This document shows positions 1 through 12,284 of a stretch of 64,000 bases of DNA, in pieces. Within the stretch, counting starts at the first letter, position 1. Each line of letters starts with the position of its first letter. The DNA is taken from contig NW_027361708.1 in assembly GCF_039654945.1 (NCBI RefSeq), positions 33,232,001 through 33,296,000 on the forward strand, read 5' to 3'. Made by a program: the position numbers and the translations under genes. A model generated the notes under the pieces. It made no database searches. It was not told where the DNA came from and saw only the letters and a program-made list of their open reading frames with translations. The stretch is from Dendrobates tinctorius (lineage: Eukaryota).

Positions 1-120
1 CTATGCATGTATTTCTATGCAGCTGTAGCTCCGGTCCTGAGTGCCGGTGGTAGCGCTGGGTGTTGATGTCAGAGACTCGTGCGAGTTTCTCACATCACAC
101 ATGGTAGTGTGATCCCAGCC
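1..120. mobile_element. Right part of a Harbinger/PIF-type MITE (same family as 21631-21824)
   Basis: Shares 'atgcatgtatttctatgcagctg' (reverse complement) and 'gagactcgtgcgagtttctc' with 21631-21824; ends in 'gtgtgatcccagcc' followed by TTA. Confidence 0.55.
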
Positions 121-400
121 TTAGGGTTAGTGTCTTCTCCGTGTTGCTGCACAGTATATATCAGAGCTGAAAATCTGGTTTGGGCAAAGGTGAGTTTGTA
201 CTGCATTGACATTGATTTACAGAAAATCAAAAGGTCTCTCCTCTGCTGGACCTCAGTTCTTCCAATGTGCTCAGTAAGGTAAGAGGAGAGCATAGCTCCT
301 GCATCGACCCTGCTCCTGAGCCTGATCGTGTACCAGTGTCACCCAAGACCTGCAGCCTTTATCGTTGCATGGGATGGAAAGTATGTTTGTGGGAGGCAAA

Positions 401-439
401 AAATATTCAGGATTGAGAGTCCTCAGTAGTTGATACTAC
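401..439 (-). mobile_element. Tiny Penelope-like 3'-end fragment with a 13-bp TSD
   Basis: Near reverse complement of 8682-8718 (end of the Penelope fragment); flanked by tgtgggaggcaaa at 388-400 and 440-452. Confidence 0.6.
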
Positions 440-943
440 TGTGGGAGGCAAAGTGACTGAAAAGTTTAGATTGGTCTTTACATAGGGGGCGTGGCTCACA
501 GTTTAAAAATGCAGATCTGTCTTAACACATGCCCCAGAGAGCCTTCCTAAAGACTGTAAACATTAGCATTAAACAAAAAGGCCCATGGAACCAAGAAAAG
601 CACCATACTCAGGATGAGGGGAATAAAGGAGACCAAAAAGCACTCCTTTTAATGGCGTTTTCTCAACAATATGACTAGGCAAAATTGCAAAGTGCCTGTA
701 AGAACAAGCAAGTTTGCAATTTTCCTCCTGTTAAAATCTTCTCCAGTCTGAAGAATGTCGAGATTCGCCATATTATTGTTTATGGCTCATCACCTAGGAA
801 ACCGACCACTCTGCAGTCTGTACGAGGTGGCAGCTTCCTAGCCGCGGGATGCAGCGCTTGCAAGTTGTTTGTCATTTTTTTTTTATGTACTTTCCTGTGA
901 AGCTAATGAAAAATGTAAAGGTTCTGTTACATTTCAGACAGAT

Positions 944-1037
944 GTCTCTTTCTCTGTCTCTCTCTGTGTCTCTGGCTGTCTCTCTGTCTTTCTTTTTCTC
1001 TGTCTCTGTGTGTCTGTCTCTCTCTCTCTCTCTCTGT
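944..1037. repeat. Imperfect (TC)/(TCTG) microsatellite
   Basis: Directly visible low-complexity run. Confidence 0.9.
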
Positions 1038-3149
1038 CAATTCAGTTCAGATGGGCTTTATTGGCAGGCCTAAGTACATAGTAGCATTGTCAAAGCAAGT
1101 GATAAAATAACGGGGGAATTAGGAACACATCCGAGGTGGAGCATTGGGGTCCATGACATATCGGGCTCCTGTGGCAGGCACTGACATATTGCGCTGCAAT
1201 GGCTGCTGTCTCGCTCTGTCTCTCTATGCCACTTGGAGCTTTGGCACATTGTGGTTAGTGATTCTTAGTTTTGTCCTTTGTGCATTTTTGAGTGTTGAGC
1301 ACAGAAATATTGTGAGGAAGCGAAAGTTGTAGAGAAACAGGTTTTCCCTGTATTAAGCAACATAGCCTGTCATCTTGGTCACAGCTGTGTATTAACCCTG
1401 TCCGAGCGTCTCTGATCATTACTAGGAACGAGACCTTGCTGTGACTTCATCTTTTGGGTTCGAACCTTTAGATTGAGTAGCTGGAATCTTATTAAAGCCA
1501 TAACTTCCGCCTGACTTTTGTTCCCGCCGTGTAATGGTATTTTGTTATCTGCAGCCGTGGTGGCGTGTCTCCTGACCTTTTGTAGAGATGTTCATCTTGC
1601 CTTCCAGCACAGCTCGGCCGCAGTATCGTAGTAGTTATTTAACATTGCACAGTTGTCCAAAATATGTTACAAATGACCAAAGACCAGGATTGCAATAAAT
1701 CCGCCCCGTTCTTTGTCAGCCGTCATACAGTGCTGCAGCCAATCAAGGTCCTACGGAAGCATGGTTGCCACATAAGGCTACGTTCCCTCAATGAGCCTTC
1801 GTTGCGTTTTTGATGTTGCACATTTTTTCTGCGTCAAAGTCTCAGCGTCTTCCAGTTCCAGCTAAGTGGATGGGATTTCTGGAAATCTCCTGGCCGCTGG
1901 GCTTTTCTTTTACTCGGCGTAAACTGCGTGTTTGAATTCGGCAGCGTGTCAAGTTCTCTTGGTGATGGGAGTGACTGTATATCATGGTGGGTCCATACTG
2001 ACAGCGAGTCACGGCACGGGTGGGCCAGCCATCAGCATGTGTGTCGCCGCACTCATCCTCGTGCTTTTGTGATGACAGGACTTTTCTGGGATCGGCTTCA
2101 TTTGCATGTATGATAAGTTGGCAATCCATATCTGTGAATGATGAGTCCCCTGCAGGATGTTACATGGTGTTGTTTTCTTCTGTGCTTCTTTTTCCACTCC
2201 ACATTAGTCAAGTTAACAGACACTTACGTTATTTATTACCAGTAAATGTCTCCCTTAGGAAAGAAAGGGGACGTTTTAATGCATTTGCTTTAGATTTTTG
2301 GCACGCTTCACATTTGCCCCATGTCGTGAATATTTATATATTTTTTTTAATGACTACAAAAAGTAATTCCCTGGAATACGGAACATTTCTATTCTGACAG
2401 TCGTATAAATATCTATGATCCATATGTGTCTAGTGGTGGAACCTTTCCTGCATATAATAAGGAGTATATGATGCCTAGTGATAGCCATAAAGGCATGGCG
2501 TGTGCTAAAAAGCCCGGACTTACTCAGTGTACCTCAATGTAAAAGTGCCGTGTAGGGGCCAGCCACATTGTCCCTTCCCATTGTAATGATAACCTGGAGT
2601 GATGGCCGCTGTCAACACTGCTCTTCAGCCATCTGTGTCATGGGCATAGCTTAATAAATGGAACCACCAAATGATTGCAGAAGTTACGATTTATCCTGGT
2701 GCAGCTGCAGTCACAGGCGATGTTAAGGGCTTCGTTACACCATAATTATTTAGTGCTGTTAAATGGCAGTAATATCAAATGTGCTGTTAAATGGCAGTAA
2801 TATCAAATGTTTTTCATATATAAAGGGGGGAAGGAAAAAATGTCATTATTAGCGCATACTGCAATAAAGTACAGTGGCTGACAAAAGTATAAACCACCTT
2901 GTTTTTTTTTTTTACCTACGGTATTTTGTTACATTACAACCTGTGTTTAAATATTTTTGTAATCCGACTTGTGTATGATGCATCAGCAATAAGTAGTCTA
3001 AGTTTATGAAGTGAGAAAAATATAGGTATTAAATTTATCGGATTAAATAGCTAAAATTTGGGATGTGGATATGTATTTACCTCTCTTGCCATGAATCCGC
3101 TAAAAAAAATTTTTGCAAGCATTTACATTCATAAGTCACATGTTTAGGC

Positions 3150-3700
3150 ATAATCTATGGAGCATCTTATGGGGGAATAATCTAGAGCATATTATTGAGG
3201 GCATAATCTATGGGGCAGCATATGGGGGCATATTCTATGGGGCAGGATATGGGGGCATATTCTATGGAGCAGCATATGGGGGCATATTCTATGGGGCAGC
3301 ATATGGGGGCATATTCTATGGGGCAGCATATGGGAGCATATTCTATGGGGCAGCATATGGGGGCATATTCTATGGGGCAGCATATGGGGGCATATTCTAT
3401 GGAGCAGCATATGGGGGCAGCATATGGGAGCATATTCTATGGGGCAGGATATGGGGGCATATTCTATGGGGCAGGATATGGGGGCATATTCTATGGAGCA
3501 GCATATGGGGGCATATTCTATGGGGCAGCATATGGGAGCATATTCTATGGGGCAGCATATGGGAGCATATTCTATGGGGCAGCATATGGGGGCATATTCT
3601 ATGGAGCATTATATGGGGTATAATCTATGGAGCATCTTATGGGGGAATAATCTATGGAGCATCTTATTGGCATAATCTATGGAGCATCTTTTGGGGGCAT
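3150..3700. repeat. 27-bp minisatellite (ggggcagcatatgggggcatattctat)n
   Basis: About 15 clean units plus degenerate flanks; explains the GAAYGGIFY repeat ORFs. Confidence 0.95.
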
Positions 3701-3995
3701 TATTAACCTTTGTGCAGCATTTTATGGGGTGTATTTTGTATGGAGCATCTTATGGGGCCCATCATGAACTGTATGGGGCTCCTGATTCAATATGGATATT
3801 CAAAAACATTTAACCTACTGATGCCTCAGTTAATTTTACTTTTATTGGTATTATTTTTATTTTTGAAATTTACCAGTAGCTGCTGCATTTTCCACCCTAG
3901 GCTTATACGTGAGTCAATAAGTTTTCCAAGTTTTTTGTGGCAAAATTAGGGGGGTCGGCTTATACACGGATCGGCTTATACACGAGTATATACGG
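3150..3995. mobile_element. Right part of a pogo/Tigger-like non-autonomous element carrying the minisatellite
   Basis: Ends in ggcttatacacgagtatatacgg-TA with repeated subterminal ggcttatac motifs. Confidence 0.55.
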
Positions 3996-3997
3996 TA

Positions 3998-4720
3998 AGT
4001 TTGAGATGTTTGGATCACACAGTAGAACATTTGTGAAACGCAGAACAACTGAAAAGATGCTGGAAGAGTGCCTGACGCCATCTGTCAAGCATGGTGGTGG
4101 TAATGTAATGGTCTAGGGTTGCTTTGGTGCTGGTAAAGTGGGAGATTTGTACAAGGTAAAAGGGATTTTGAATGAGGAAGGCTATCACTCCATTTTGCAA
4201 CGCCATGCCATATCCTGTGGACAGCGCTTGATTGGAGCCAGTTTCATCCTACAACAGGACAATGACCCAGAGCATACCTCCAAATTATGCAAGAACTATA
4301 TAGGGAAGAAGCAGGCAGCTGGTATTCTATCTGTAATGGAGTGGCAAGCGCAGTCACCAGATCTCAACCCCATTGAGCTGTTGTGGGAGTAGCTTGACCG
4401 TATGGTATGCATGGTACGCAAAAAGTGCCCAAGGCAAACCAACTTGTGGGAGGGGCTTCTGGAAGCATGGGGTGAAATTTCTCCAGATTACCTCAGCAAA
4501 TTAACTGTGAGAATGCCAAAGGTCTGCAATGCTTTAATTGCTGCAAAGGGAGCACTCTTTGATGAAAGCAAAGTTTGAGGAAGAAAATTATTATTTCAAA
4601 TAAAAATCTCTTTTTCGAACTTTGTCAATGTCTGGACTAGATTTTAAATTTATTTGGCAACTCATTTGATTAATAAAAGTATGAGTTTTCATGGAAAACA
4701 CAAAATTGTCTGGGTGACCC
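3998..4720 (+). mobile_element. 3' fragment of a second Tc1 family
   Basis: KHGGGNVMV, QQDNDPEHT and [16 protein letters not shown] motifs with a stop; the right end runs into a gap. Confidence 0.85.
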
Positions 4721-4854
4721 NNNNNNNNNNNNNNNNNNNNNNNNNNNNNNNNNNNNNNNNNNNNNNNNNNNNNNNNNNNNNNNNNNNNNNNNNNNNNNNN
4801 NNNNNNNNNNNNNNNNNNNNNNNNNNNNNNNNNNNNNNNNNNNNNNNNNNNNNN

Positions 4855-5230
4855 CAGCAATAATGTGAGCAATCCAGGATGCTGTTAAAAATTATTTTCT
4901 TTTTATTCATAAATCCATTAAAATGCAATGGTCCTGATTCTGGACCGTGAAGAAGGCGGGTTCTACCGCTGAAACGCGTAGTCCTATCTGCAAGACTTTC
5001 CTGCGTTATTGCTGTTTTGAACTGCTTGGACCATTGCATTTTAATGGATTTATGAATAAAAAGAAAATAATTTTTAACAGCATCCTGGATTGCTCACGTT
5101 ATTGCTGGACTTTGCTTTGTCGTTGTTCACATTTGTATGGATGGACTCTTACATCCAGATCCGGGCACAACGGAGTTAACCAGGTCAGCTGAGGTTCCAG
5201 GTGGTTCACAGGAGTGAGCTGGTCTACATT
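4855..5230 (+). mobile_element. Penelope-like non-coding terminal-repeat fragment with 80-bp inverted arms
   Basis: 4855-4934 is the reverse complement of 5028-5107; an HHR-like motif lies between the arms and AATAAA lies in the + arm. Confidence 0.65.
4942..4984 (+). ncRNA. Minimal type I hammerhead-like motif (variant core)
   Basis: ggac-c-GTGAAGA-a-ggcgg-gttcta-ccgct-GAAA-cgcgta-gtcc: stem I ggac/gtcc, stem II ggcgg/ccgct, palindromic stem III ACGCGT; core C3 reads G. Confidence 0.6.
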
Positions 5231-8200
5231 GTTGGATATATATATATATTATCCCAATCTCTGCTGATCCCCGGAGCACCATGAAATCCATTATCATCAA
5301 ATGGAATGTTCATGGCACCACAACAAACCCTCCAAGACCGTGCCGCCCACCAAAACTCTCAGTCTGGGCAAGGAGGGCATTAATCAGAGAGACAGTGCAG
5401 AGACATAAGGTGACCCTGAAGGAGCTGCAGTGTTTTCAAGCAGAGACTGGAGTGCTTTATGAAAGAGTGGGCAGAAAAAAAGCCTTTACTTACACACAAA
5501 AATTGTAAGGCTCATTTTGAGTGTGCCAAAAGACATGTGGAAGACTCTCCAAATGTATGGAGGAAGATGCTGTGGTCAGATGAGATCAAAATTTAGCTTT
5601 TTGGTCACCAAACTAAATTTTATGTCTGATGCCAAACCAACACAGCTCATTACCCCAAGAATACCATCCCCACAGTGAAACGTGATGACCCATCATGCTG
5701 TGGGAATGTTTTTTTGGCAGCAGGGACAAGGAAAATGGTCCAAGTTGAGGGGAAGATGCATAGTGCAAAATACAGGGATATTCTTGAGCAAAACCTGTTT
5801 GTCAGTGATGAAGATGGGAATAAAGTGTGGATGCCTCTGGCGCTGCTGTGTATGGAAGGCGACAAATCTCAGCCATTTATTCAAGCAAGTGATTTATATT
5901 CTACTCAAAGTATTGCAAAGTGTCAAGCACTTCTTCCTCAGGAAATGACCACGTGTGTCGGTTGTCGGTTTGATAACCTGTGAATCCACAGCAGCTGTAC
6001 AAATGCCTTGAGACTGTGACAGAGGTTCTAGGCACACTGCTAAAGCAACGCTCGAGTGGTTTAAAGGGAAACCTGTAAATGTTTTGGAGTGGACTAGTCA
6101 AAGCCCAGACCTTATTCCAATTGGGAATCTGTGGTCAGACTTGAAGATTGCTGTTCACCAGAGGAAACCATCTAACTTGAAGGAGCTGGAGCAGTTTTGC
6201 GTTAAAGGAATGGGCAAAAATCCAAGTGGCAAGATGAGTAAAGCTCATAGAGTCTTATCCAAAGCGACTAGCAGCTGTAATTTACGCAAAAGGAGGCTGT
6301 ACAGTACTGGTTTTAGGGGGATGAATAGTTATGCACAGTGAAGTTTTCAGTTATTTTGTCTTATTTGTTGTTTGGTTTTCCTTTTTACTGTGAAACAGTG
6401 TTTACAGTTGTAGGAATGTTCTTTACATGATCTGAGGCAAACCCTCAAAAAAAGAGTGAAACTCCAGGTTGTGAGGTAGCAAAACACAGAAAATAACAAG
6501 GGGGTGTATTCTTTTTCAAGCCAATGTATGTAGTGCATTTTGTATTTTACTTTAAAGTAACCTTTGATCTTTTTTTTTTTTTACATAACACTGGGATAAA
6601 ATGCAGACAAAAATGCTGAAAAATGGGCTGCAAAGTTCTTTGCGTTCTCTGGCTTTATGAGAATATTTTTCTATTTTAAGGTCCCATTCATACTATATTA
6701 TACAAATAGAACAGAACATGTACCCAGTACAATCTTCGAGCTCACATGTCTGTATATATTTTTTTTTTATTTTGATGGACCAAGTGTACACACAACAAAT
6801 GAACGATTTTTATACAATGTGTGGATTAAATTCGATAAATCATGTCAACAGACCTGTGGAAGAAAATGGAGAGCATGCGGATGCCAGCCTTGTTTCATCC
6901 AAGTGATGTCTGTTGTTTTTTTGTTGTTGTTGTTTTTTTAACACCTTAATTTTTTTTTTTTTTGCAAACTTGATGTGAAGCTCATGATAAGAACGTACAA
7001 AGAGACCAAAAATGGATGCAAATTGGATGAAAAACTGCTCACTCAACTTCAATCTTGTTTTTTTTCATACTCAAAACAAGCACATGTGAATGAGGACTAA
7101 TATCGGGTCACACAACCCTCCGATAAATGTCGAGAAAAATATTAGACCTGCTCTGGTTCCCGATCGAAACAATAATGTTCTCATTTACTGGAAGCAAACC
7201 ATTATCGCCGAAATCATGAGGAAATTATACACAAATTATCCAAAAAGTTGCATCTTTTTAGAAAAAATAAAAAATTATACAAGTTTTAAGCATTAAGAGG
7301 TTGTCCAGGTTTATCCCAAAAGTCTGTAGTCACTCTGTATGACTGCAGACTTGAGGAACCAAGTGATCATGTGACCTCTGGTAAGTGATATGCATAAATC
7401 CCGGCCACATTCCAACTTGACAGGCGCGGCATTGCCCAATTCAAGCAAATAGTCTAGTCGGAATGTGGCTGGGATTATGCATATCACAGGCTTGCAGTTA
7501 CATGACCGCTTAGTCTCGTCGCCGGCAGCGAAGGGTCTTCGCTGCATCCAATGTAAGGATTCACAAGTCTTCAGTCATATAGATTGACAGCAGACTTTTG
7601 TGATGTCACTGCTACAAGTGGTCTACAAAGACCAGTAACAGCAGCAGACAGGCATCGTTGGACCTGTGGAGGGGGAGTACCACCGATTTTATTATTTTTC
7701 CCTATGACAAGTGTATGAGCATAAGAAAAAGTAACAGAAAATCCTTTTCAGAGCAATAGTATTAGTACAGATTATAGACCTATCTACACACTGAGCAGGG
7801 CTTTTTTACCAGCACTTACATTTTATTAGATTATCATTTCAGAGGCTTTAGCAGATTAATGCAGAAGAAAAGAAATCAAAGTTCACAGAATAACAATGTT
7901 TTCTTTGATTTTCCCAGTACTCCATGTGCTAGAATAAGAGATGGCAACACTAATGTTCATTGTGTTCCACAGAATGAGCTGCAGCAATAAAGAAAATCTC
8001 CAGATTTTCCATTTCCACTGCGCAAAAGTACTTACCACAAAAGTAACAGATGACATGAATAATGCATATTGTATGATCTGCCAAGTTTGGGCCTGCAATA
8101 AACTTTTACTCTAAAAGCACATATACAAATTAGATTAAAGTCATCCTGACACTCTGATTTCGGCACGATCGACCTATAAAATAAGGCTGCATTTCACGTT

Positions 8201-8327
8201 ATGGCTGCAGTGTAGCTTTTTTTGCCGCATAATTTTAGCTGTGATTTTTGAAAATTGCAGCAAAGCAATGTAGTTTTTCCCATAAATGCCTCACAAAGCC
8301 AATATGTATATCTTTGTACAGTGTTAG

Positions 8328-8720
8328 ACCTTTGACACTCTCAATGCAGGAATGAATGTGTCGCATGGATTTATGTCTTTTTACATCAATTAAGGAATTT
8401 CCTCCTAAGACCTTGTGGGGGCATCACAACACAGAACCAGACCACAATCAGAGGACCATAAAACATCCAGACTCCTTATGTATGAACTGCTCCAATATTT
8501 ATGTTTCTCCCTCTCCCATAATGATAGTTCTGCTTCACGTCACTTGTCTTATCTATTGCATTTTTTCTGTGCTGTGTTGTGCATAAATGTGATTCTTCAG
8601 AGAGACCTGTGGTGATGTAGAGACCTGAGTAGTCTCGAAAGCTTGCAATGTGTCACCATCTTTTCAGTTAGCCATTAAAAGGTATCAACCACTGAGGACT
8701 CTCAATTCTGAATATTTTTC
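8328..8720 (+). mobile_element. 5'-truncated Penelope-like element: ORF C-terminus plus terminal repeat with a decayed HHR
   Basis: 8328-8393 reads TFDTLNAGMNVSHGFMSFYIN*, resembling the end of vertebrate Penelope GIY-YIG ORFs; 8612-8646 reads gtgatgta-gagac-ctgagta-gtctc-GAAAgcttgc. Confidence 0.7.
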
Positions 8721-8832
8721 ACAAAGTCAACAAATTCCTTATGTGGAGATAAAGAACAGGTGATGTGAATCCACCCAGTCTTTTGTTTTCTAGGCCTATA
8801 AGCTGCATCCAGTCTTCTCTGGCCCCGGCTTA

Positions 8833-9142
8833 GGCTGGGTTCACATTACGTTTAGGCAATCCATTAGATGGACTGCGTTACACCATGGCATAACGCTGTG
8901 TAACGCAGTCCGTTAACACTGCCATTGCCCTCCATTGTCGGGCGCATCACGACGCATGCCGTAAAGCGGCACACGTTCGTGATGTGCCGTCACTCAGTGA
9001 CGGAACCTCGGACACGGGCTGCAGCGTCTGAGGCTCCGTCACCACTAACACAGATAAAGCACCTACGCTAGCAGTATAGCATTAACGCAGACCGTCAACG
9101 CTATGCATTGAACGGTCTGCATAACGCAATGTGAACTTGGCC
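8833..9142. mobile_element. Harbinger/PIF-type MITE
   Basis: Imperfect terminal inverted repeats ggctgggttcacattacgtt / aacgcaatgtgaacttggcc, flanked by TTA on both sides. Confidence 0.65.
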
Positions 9143-9264
9143 TTACTCTGTTTTTCTTAATGATAATACATGAATTTTTGTCAATATGCGCCTGAATGTG
9201 ACAGTATTCCAGTACAGCTAATAAAGTCTTCTGATGCAGCAGTTGATGCCACCACATGCCTGTA

Positions 9265-10797
9265 TCAACTGGTAAATGGTTCAAGGACTGGACAAGATCT
9301 GTGTTTATTCCTATTCCAAAGAAGGGGGCTGCTACCGACTGTGGAAACTATCAGACTATTGTACTGATACCTTATGCCAACAAAATACTACTGAAGATCC
9401 TAAAAAGATGGCTACAGCCTTACATTGACAAAAAGCTGCCAGAGGAACAAGCAGGATTCATAAAAGGCAGAGGAAAAAGAGATGTGGTTGCTAGCATTAA
9501 ATGGGTAATAGAAAAGGTGAAAAATAGAAGAACTATCTTTGCTTCATCGTCTACAGCAAAACCTTTGACTGTGTCTATCACCAGAAACATCTGATCAGCC
9601 TCATTTGGAACCTTGCATTGACCAAGCAGCAACAGTCCTAACGGAACATGGTGAAACTGCATGGTTCAAAGCGGAGTGAGGCATCAGACAAAGTTGCTTC
9701 CTGTCATTATTTCACTTCAATTTATATGCAAAAGCTATTTTCAGGAAGGCTGGACCTGCCAAAAAGAGGTAATCAGAATTGAAAATTGTATATGAAGCTC
9801 ACCTTGCATGCTTTAGAATAAAAGCACTGAAGGAATCCTCCAAAGGGTGCTGAATCCAACTAACAGAGCACAGCCAACATATATATCTAGTTTGCAGCAC
9901 ATCTATTCAACTAAAAACAGTTTTCTTTATTTAGGTTTCCGTAAAAATACATGAATCCATTTAGTGGATTAAAAAACGTTTTCATCCACTGAATAAATTC
10001 ACCTATTTTTGTGGACATCTAAAATAAAACTGTTTTTAGTTGAATGGATGTGCCACAAACGCCTCTCTCTTTCCTCTTCATATAATCAAAATTGCAAGAC
10101 GAATCATCAGGAATCTTAAATAGGCAAACTATATAACATTGATAGCAACAAGCGTAGAGTGTCAAGATGGAAAGCTCAAACATGGGACTGCTTCTCAACA
10201 TAAAGATGATAAAGGTATTGACTACTGCCAGGTACAACCAGGTCACATTTGAGATGGACGACAACGAACTGGAAGTTGTAAAGGGCTTCAGCCTACTTGG
10301 AAAGATGATCACTCAAGAAGCAGCAACATTTTGCTGGCGACGAAGATACGGCTTCTACTGAGTTTGGTCTTTTCTGTGATAACATACAAGTGCGAAGCCT
10401 GGACGATAAACAGACTAGCTACAGAAGAAGAATCTCCGCCTTTGAAATGTCGTGCTGGAGAAGGATGTTATCAATAGCATGGATGACAAGAGAAACACAA
10501 TTTTTAGAACAAAACAAGTCAGACATGCCACTTGAAGCAAGGATCACCGGGCTACGACTTGCCTACTTTGGACACATCATATAAAATCACTGGAGAAGGA
10601 CATAATGGTCGTGAGGATTAAAGGAACAAGGCTAAAAGGAAGACCAGCAACCAAATGGCTAAATACAATCAAGATAATGGCAGAGCAGATCCTGGTGGAC
10701 CTATCTAGGCTTGCACAAGATCTGTCTTCCTACAAAGCGTCCATCCATTAAGTCACCATGGCTGAGGATCAAGCTGAAGGTCGCTAAATAAATAAAT
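9265..10797 (+). mobile_element. Decayed RTE-clade (BovB-like) LINE, RT region to 3' end, interrupted at ~9770-10160
   Basis: WTRSVFIPIPKKG..NYQTIVLIPYANKILLKIL..LPEEQAGFIKGRG; later GLLLNIK and RRISAFEMSCWRRMLSIAW..RLAYFGHI; AAAT tail. Confidence 0.85.
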
Positions 10798-11305
10798 TAT
10801 CAGCTGAGTCAATCATTCATATTTATGGGGAAGTCATGAAAGATGGCCCTCGGTCAAACAAGTGTTTATCCAAAAGTTATCTGAGGCCAAATTCAGACGA
10901 GATGAAGTATTGTCCGTAGGAGCATGATGGATGGACTGGCCTCATGTCTCCTGACCCAAACTCAACAGCCAAATTAAAAACACGTAAAAAGACCCTTTTG
11001 CTATTTACACACATAAGCTGTCCCTTTTTGCTTATGTGTGTGAGCTATCTCTGTCTTACAAGAGTTCTCTTTTTTAAGATTGATCAATTAAAGTTGTTGT
11101 AAATAGGAGTATTTTTTAGTGTTTTTGATTTAATTGGGTCCTGATTGGGCATGTTTTTGTATTCCTAACTCAACAGCTTCAAGTATGCCAATAAAACCGT
11201 TGAGTTCAGTTCAAGAGACCCTTGGCCAGTCCATCCATCATGACCCATACACAGACATCAGGATTCAGTCTAAAAGTATGGACATCACTAGTCATATTTG
11301 TTTAA

Positions 11306-11727
11306 ATAGGTTTCCACTACTAGGACAATCCCTACTGAAAATAAATGTTTTGCCCCGATAAAATAAACTTATACTCTCCTCCCGTGCCAGCTCCGTTCCA
11401 GCCTTGTTGGCACTCGCAGTCCCAGGGCCTTGTTGGCACTCGCAGTCCCAGCGCTAGCATCACTGTCCCCGCATCATGGTCATTTCGACAGGAAGTCAAA
11501 GATCATCTGCAGCCCTGACTTCTGCTTCATGTTCAGTTCGTACGAAGGCAGGGACAGTGAAGCCAGTGCACCCACCACGTGTCATTTCAGTGCATAACAG
11601 CCCCAGGACCGCGAGTGCCAACACCGCTGTAAAGGATTCGGCACGAGAGGTAAGTATAGGTTTGTTCATTTTATCGGGGCCGAACATTTAGTTCAAGAAG
11701 GCATTGTAATAATAGTGAGTAACACCT
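11306..11727. mobile_element. TTAA-flanked T2/Kolobok-type MITE (family of 29013-29472)
   Basis: TTAA on both sides, internal palindromy, clear similarity to 29013-29472. Confidence 0.7.
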
Positions 11728-11766
11728 TTAAATGACTTTTGTCAATGAAAGATTAAACCAGTTTTA

Positions 11767-12060
11767 GGCTATGTGCACTCGTATGCAGAAAATTTCTGCA
11801 TAAAAACTGGACTCCTTCCCACAAAACGCGTGTTTTTGCCACAATTTTTTCTGCGTGTCCCCAGACACATAGAAAATACCTAGAAATGCGGAATTTTCCG
11901 CGAAATTAATGAGCATGCTGCGGAAAAAAACGCATCAAAATGCACAAAAAGTGCAAAATGCATTAAAATGAATGGGAAGCTTCTTTTAAGCGTTTTTTGA
12001 GCGGATTTTTTGGTAAATCCGCAGGAAAAGCATGAAAAAACACTGTGTGTGAACACAGCC
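11767..12060. mobile_element. Harbinger/PIF-type MITE
   Basis: ggctatgtgcac / gtgaacacagcc termini with TTA flanks. Confidence 0.6.
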
Positions 12061-12284
12061 TTAAATAACAAAAAAAAAGCTCTCCAGGACAAGACTATAA
12101 AGGAGTTCCGCCAAATTTTGAGACTTTTTAAAAAAAAATTAGTATTTCATTACCTTCTCTAAAATATCTGGAAAAGCCACATAAAAATCAGAAAACTGAC
12201 TAAACCACAAAAGACTGCTTGAAAAAAGTGCAAACTGTTTAATAAATTTGTTGCAAATTGCAAAGTCACAAAATGTCATACAAA

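Larger units (their letters stand above)
2872..6526 (+). mobile_element. Decayed Tc1 transposon split by nested insertions
   Basis: TA-cagtggctgacaaaagtat left end and inverted ...tttttcaagccaatg-TA right end; transposase remnants at ~5260-6310 (KWNVHGTTTNPPRPCRPPKLS, WSDE, EWTSQSPDLIPIGNLW) with frameshifts. Confidence 0.75.

Noticed and set aside
3113-3706. Gly/Tyr-rich ORFs resembling keratin-associated or chorion proteins
   Set aside because: Translations of a 27-bp minisatellite, open in several frames on both strands and lying inside a transposon.
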